Assembly: GCA_031422255.1 (NCBI GenBank)
Contig: JANOQG010000062.1
Span: 12,032-36,031, forward strand
DNA from: Actinomycetes bacterium
GTDB taxonomy: Bacteria; Actinomycetota; Acidimicrobiia; Acidimicrobiales; VFJN01
DNA length: 24,000 nt
Direction of reading: 5' to 3'
Shown: one piece after another, positions 22,730 through 24,000 of the stretch
Position numbering within the stretch: position 1 is the first letter of the stretch
How the letters are laid out: every line of letters starts with the position of its first letter
Translations under genes and position numbers: made by a program
Notes under the pieces: model-generated
What the model was told of the DNA's origin: nothing
What the model saw: only the letters and a program-made list of their open reading frames with translations
Databases searched by the model: none

Positions 22730-23647
22730 CTACTGCGCGACAACGTCCACCCCAGCGGTTCCCGCGAGGGTCTCGAGGGCTGCGTCACGATCCTTGAGCG
22801 CGAAGTCGAAGAAGTGGAGCGCGGCCTGGGCGGCGAGCTTCGCGCGCGGGCCGACGCGGAAGTCCTCGGAGTGGTTCCCGCCGTCGATGGTGAAGAACAC
22901 CTTGGGAGCTTGGGCCGCGTCGAACTCGGCCTTGGCCTGGTCGATGGGGTACTCGTCGGCTGTCCCATGGAGGAACATCAGGGGAGTGCCGGTGAGGTCA
23001 TCGGCGTACTCGCCGTCGAGCGGAATCTTGAGAAAGCCCTCCACGAGGACGGCATCGACGCGGTCGTCATCGCAACAGGTGTTGAAGCCGACTCCATAGG
23101 CAACGATCGCCCCCGAGGAGTGACCTGCCACAGCGAGGTGGTCGAGGTCGGCGAGGTCGCCGAGCTCGGCGTCAACCTGGTCGATCACGAACGAGACGTC
23201 CCCGAGCTCCCCGGGAATGTCGTCGACGAAGTGTCCTCCTGGCCCTCCCGTGACGGTGAGGGGGTGTCGCGGCGCGGCCACGACGTAGCCGGCCCGTGTC
23301 CACATCTCGAACGCGAGGGTGTACTGCTGCGGATCGCCCTGCTGTCCGTGGTTGAACACGATGACAGGGAAGGGGCCCTCGGCCGCAACAGCGTCAGGGG
23401 TGGACGGCGTGGCTGGATCACCCGCCGCCGGGTACCAGACATCGGTGACCACGGTGCGGGTCGGCTGCGCCGCGGCGTCGCCAAAGGCCGGGGTCTCCCG
23501 CGTCTCGTCCACGAAGGTGAGGGACCGCGTGCCGACGGCATACGGTCCAGTCGTGCGCTGCGAGGCGCTGCTGCTGTTGCCGCACGAGCCGATCCCGACG
23601 ACGAGCACGACGGCGCACCCGGTTGTGAGCCGACGCCATGTCTGCAT
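22730..23647 (-). CDS. secreted lipoprotein alpha/beta-hydrolase (esterase/lipase; PAF-acetylhydrolase or polyesterase-like)
   Basis: The signal peptide ends in the lipobox-like VVGIGSC. The nucleophile elbow is AGHSSGA (GxSxG). FPVIVFNHG marks the oxyanion region, with LHGTADE and a GGNH C-terminal His. An SD-like GGGAAGG lies about 9 nt upstream of the ATG, and the gene starts 38 nt after the upstream WS/DGAT stop. Confidence 0.78.
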   Translation of the reverse strand: MQTWRRLTTGCAVVLVVGIGSCGNSSSASQRTTGPYAVGTRSLTFVDETRETPAFGDAAAQPTRTVVTDVWYPAAGDPATPSTPDAVAAEGPFPVIVFNHGQQGDPQQYTLAFEMWTRAGYVVAAPRHPLTVTGGPGGHFVDDIPGELGDVSFVIDQVDAELGDLADLDHLAVAGHSSGAIVAYGVGFNTCCDDDRVDAVLVEGFLKIPLDGEYADDLTGTPLMFLHGTADEYPIDQAKAEFDAAQAPKVFFTIDGGNHSEDFRVGPRAKLAAQAALHFFDFALKDRDAALETLAGTAGVDVVAQ

Positions 23648-23685
23648 GTCACCGGCCTTCCCGATTCGGACCGATCCAAACCCCG

Positions 23686-24000
23686 TCAGGCTGAGCGTGT
23701 GAGCTTCTTGATCGCGGCGGGCTTCACGCCGCTGGCCTTGAGGAGCTCGTCGAGGGCGTTCTGGAGGCCTTCGGCGATCGACCAGACATCGTCGATCACA
23801 TCAGGGCAGGCGAGCAGGCCGAAGTCGAGTCGATCCATGTAGCTCATGACCGTGATGTTGAGGCCCCCGCCGTCCATGATCGGGCCGATGGGGTAGTTGG
23901 CCACCATTCGGGCACCGATGGAGTAGAGCGGGAACGGCGGACCGGGAACGTTGGAGATGGTGACGTTGAACAGCGGACGATGCCGGTCGGCCATCTTCGT
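23686..24000 (-). CDS. WS/DGAT paralog, C-terminal fragment (5' end beyond the window)
   Basis: FNVTISNVPGPPFPLYSIGARMVANYPIGPIMDGGGLNITVMSYMDRLDFGLLACPDVIDDV aligns by eye with the C-terminus of the 19244..20656 WS/DGAT (NLVVSNVMGSPLPLYLAGAKVVAMFPFGPLMEGTGLNVTVLSS...GIIACPDLVPDV). The frame stays open to the window edge. Confidence 0.8.
   Translation of the reverse strand, partial: TKMADRHRPLFNVTISNVPGPPFPLYSIGARMVANYPIGPIMDGGGLNITVMSYMDRLDFGLLACPDVIDDVWSIAEGLQNALDELLKASGVKPAAIKKLTRSA

Noticed and set aside
1-24000. Search for mobile elements, prophage genes, toxin-antitoxin pairs, CRISPR-Cas or known defence-system signatures
   Set aside because: I found no transposase, integrase or recombinase motifs, no terminal inverted repeats or att-like duplications, and no repeat-spacer arrays. 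No GC-poor island is visible other than the short rpf promoter patch. The only PIN domain is part of the conserved PhoH2 fusion.

Overview
This is a very GC-rich, gene-dense chromosomal segment with strong G/C bias at codon third positions. The gene content (Rpf muralytic factor, PIN-PhoH2, WS/DGAT acyltransferases, a PLDc_N+DUF2510 membrane protein, FadE-type acyl-CoA dehydrogenases) points to a high-GC Actinomycetota genome; I cannot place it more precisely by eye. I support 24 protein-coding genes, two of them cut by the window edges. I see no rRNA, tRNA, CRISPR array, transposase, integrase or other mobile element.

Layout:
- 1-778: tail of an EamA permease plus a small acidic unknown.
- 877-4028 (+): acyl-CoA synthetase, an MFE-2/Hsd4A-like SDR, and an orphan fragment of a ThDP-enzyme middle domain.
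- 4018-7667: OmpR-type two-component system (-), a divergent lipoprotein (+), and a convergent Rpf (-).
- 7893-12056: a fused two-module acyl-CoA dehydrogenase (-), divergent from a NIPSNAP-like gene and a family III CoA-transferase (+).
- 12053-17788 (-): a co-directional string of PhoH2, a DUF2993-like protein, a PolB-type DEDDy exonuclease, an unknown, an LPXTG surface protein and another unknown.
- 18024-19119 (-): SAM methyltransferase plus a small membrane protein.
- 19244-24000: WS/DGAT (-), a cupredoxin-fused membrane-anchored NirK-type nitrite reductase plus HIT (+), then a lipoprotein alpha/beta-hydrolase and a second WS/DGAT (-).

I do not see a clear-cut novel multi-gene system such as a defence island. 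The items most worth a second look are:
- the beta-alpha fused FadE-type dehydrogenase, which keeps an internal SD+ATG at the junction;
- the rpf 5' region, with a CRP/GlxR-type palindrome and a structured leader that may be a divergent c-di-AMP (ydaO-class) riboswitch;
- the three-gene LPXTG operon, whose surface protein has a thioester-domain-like WCID cysteine motif but no matching Gln motif;
- the PhoH2 / DUF2993-like / exonuclease string;
- the three-domain NirK, which has several phased repeats and palindromes upstream.

All product calls rest on motifs read by eye from the translations. No database search was possible.
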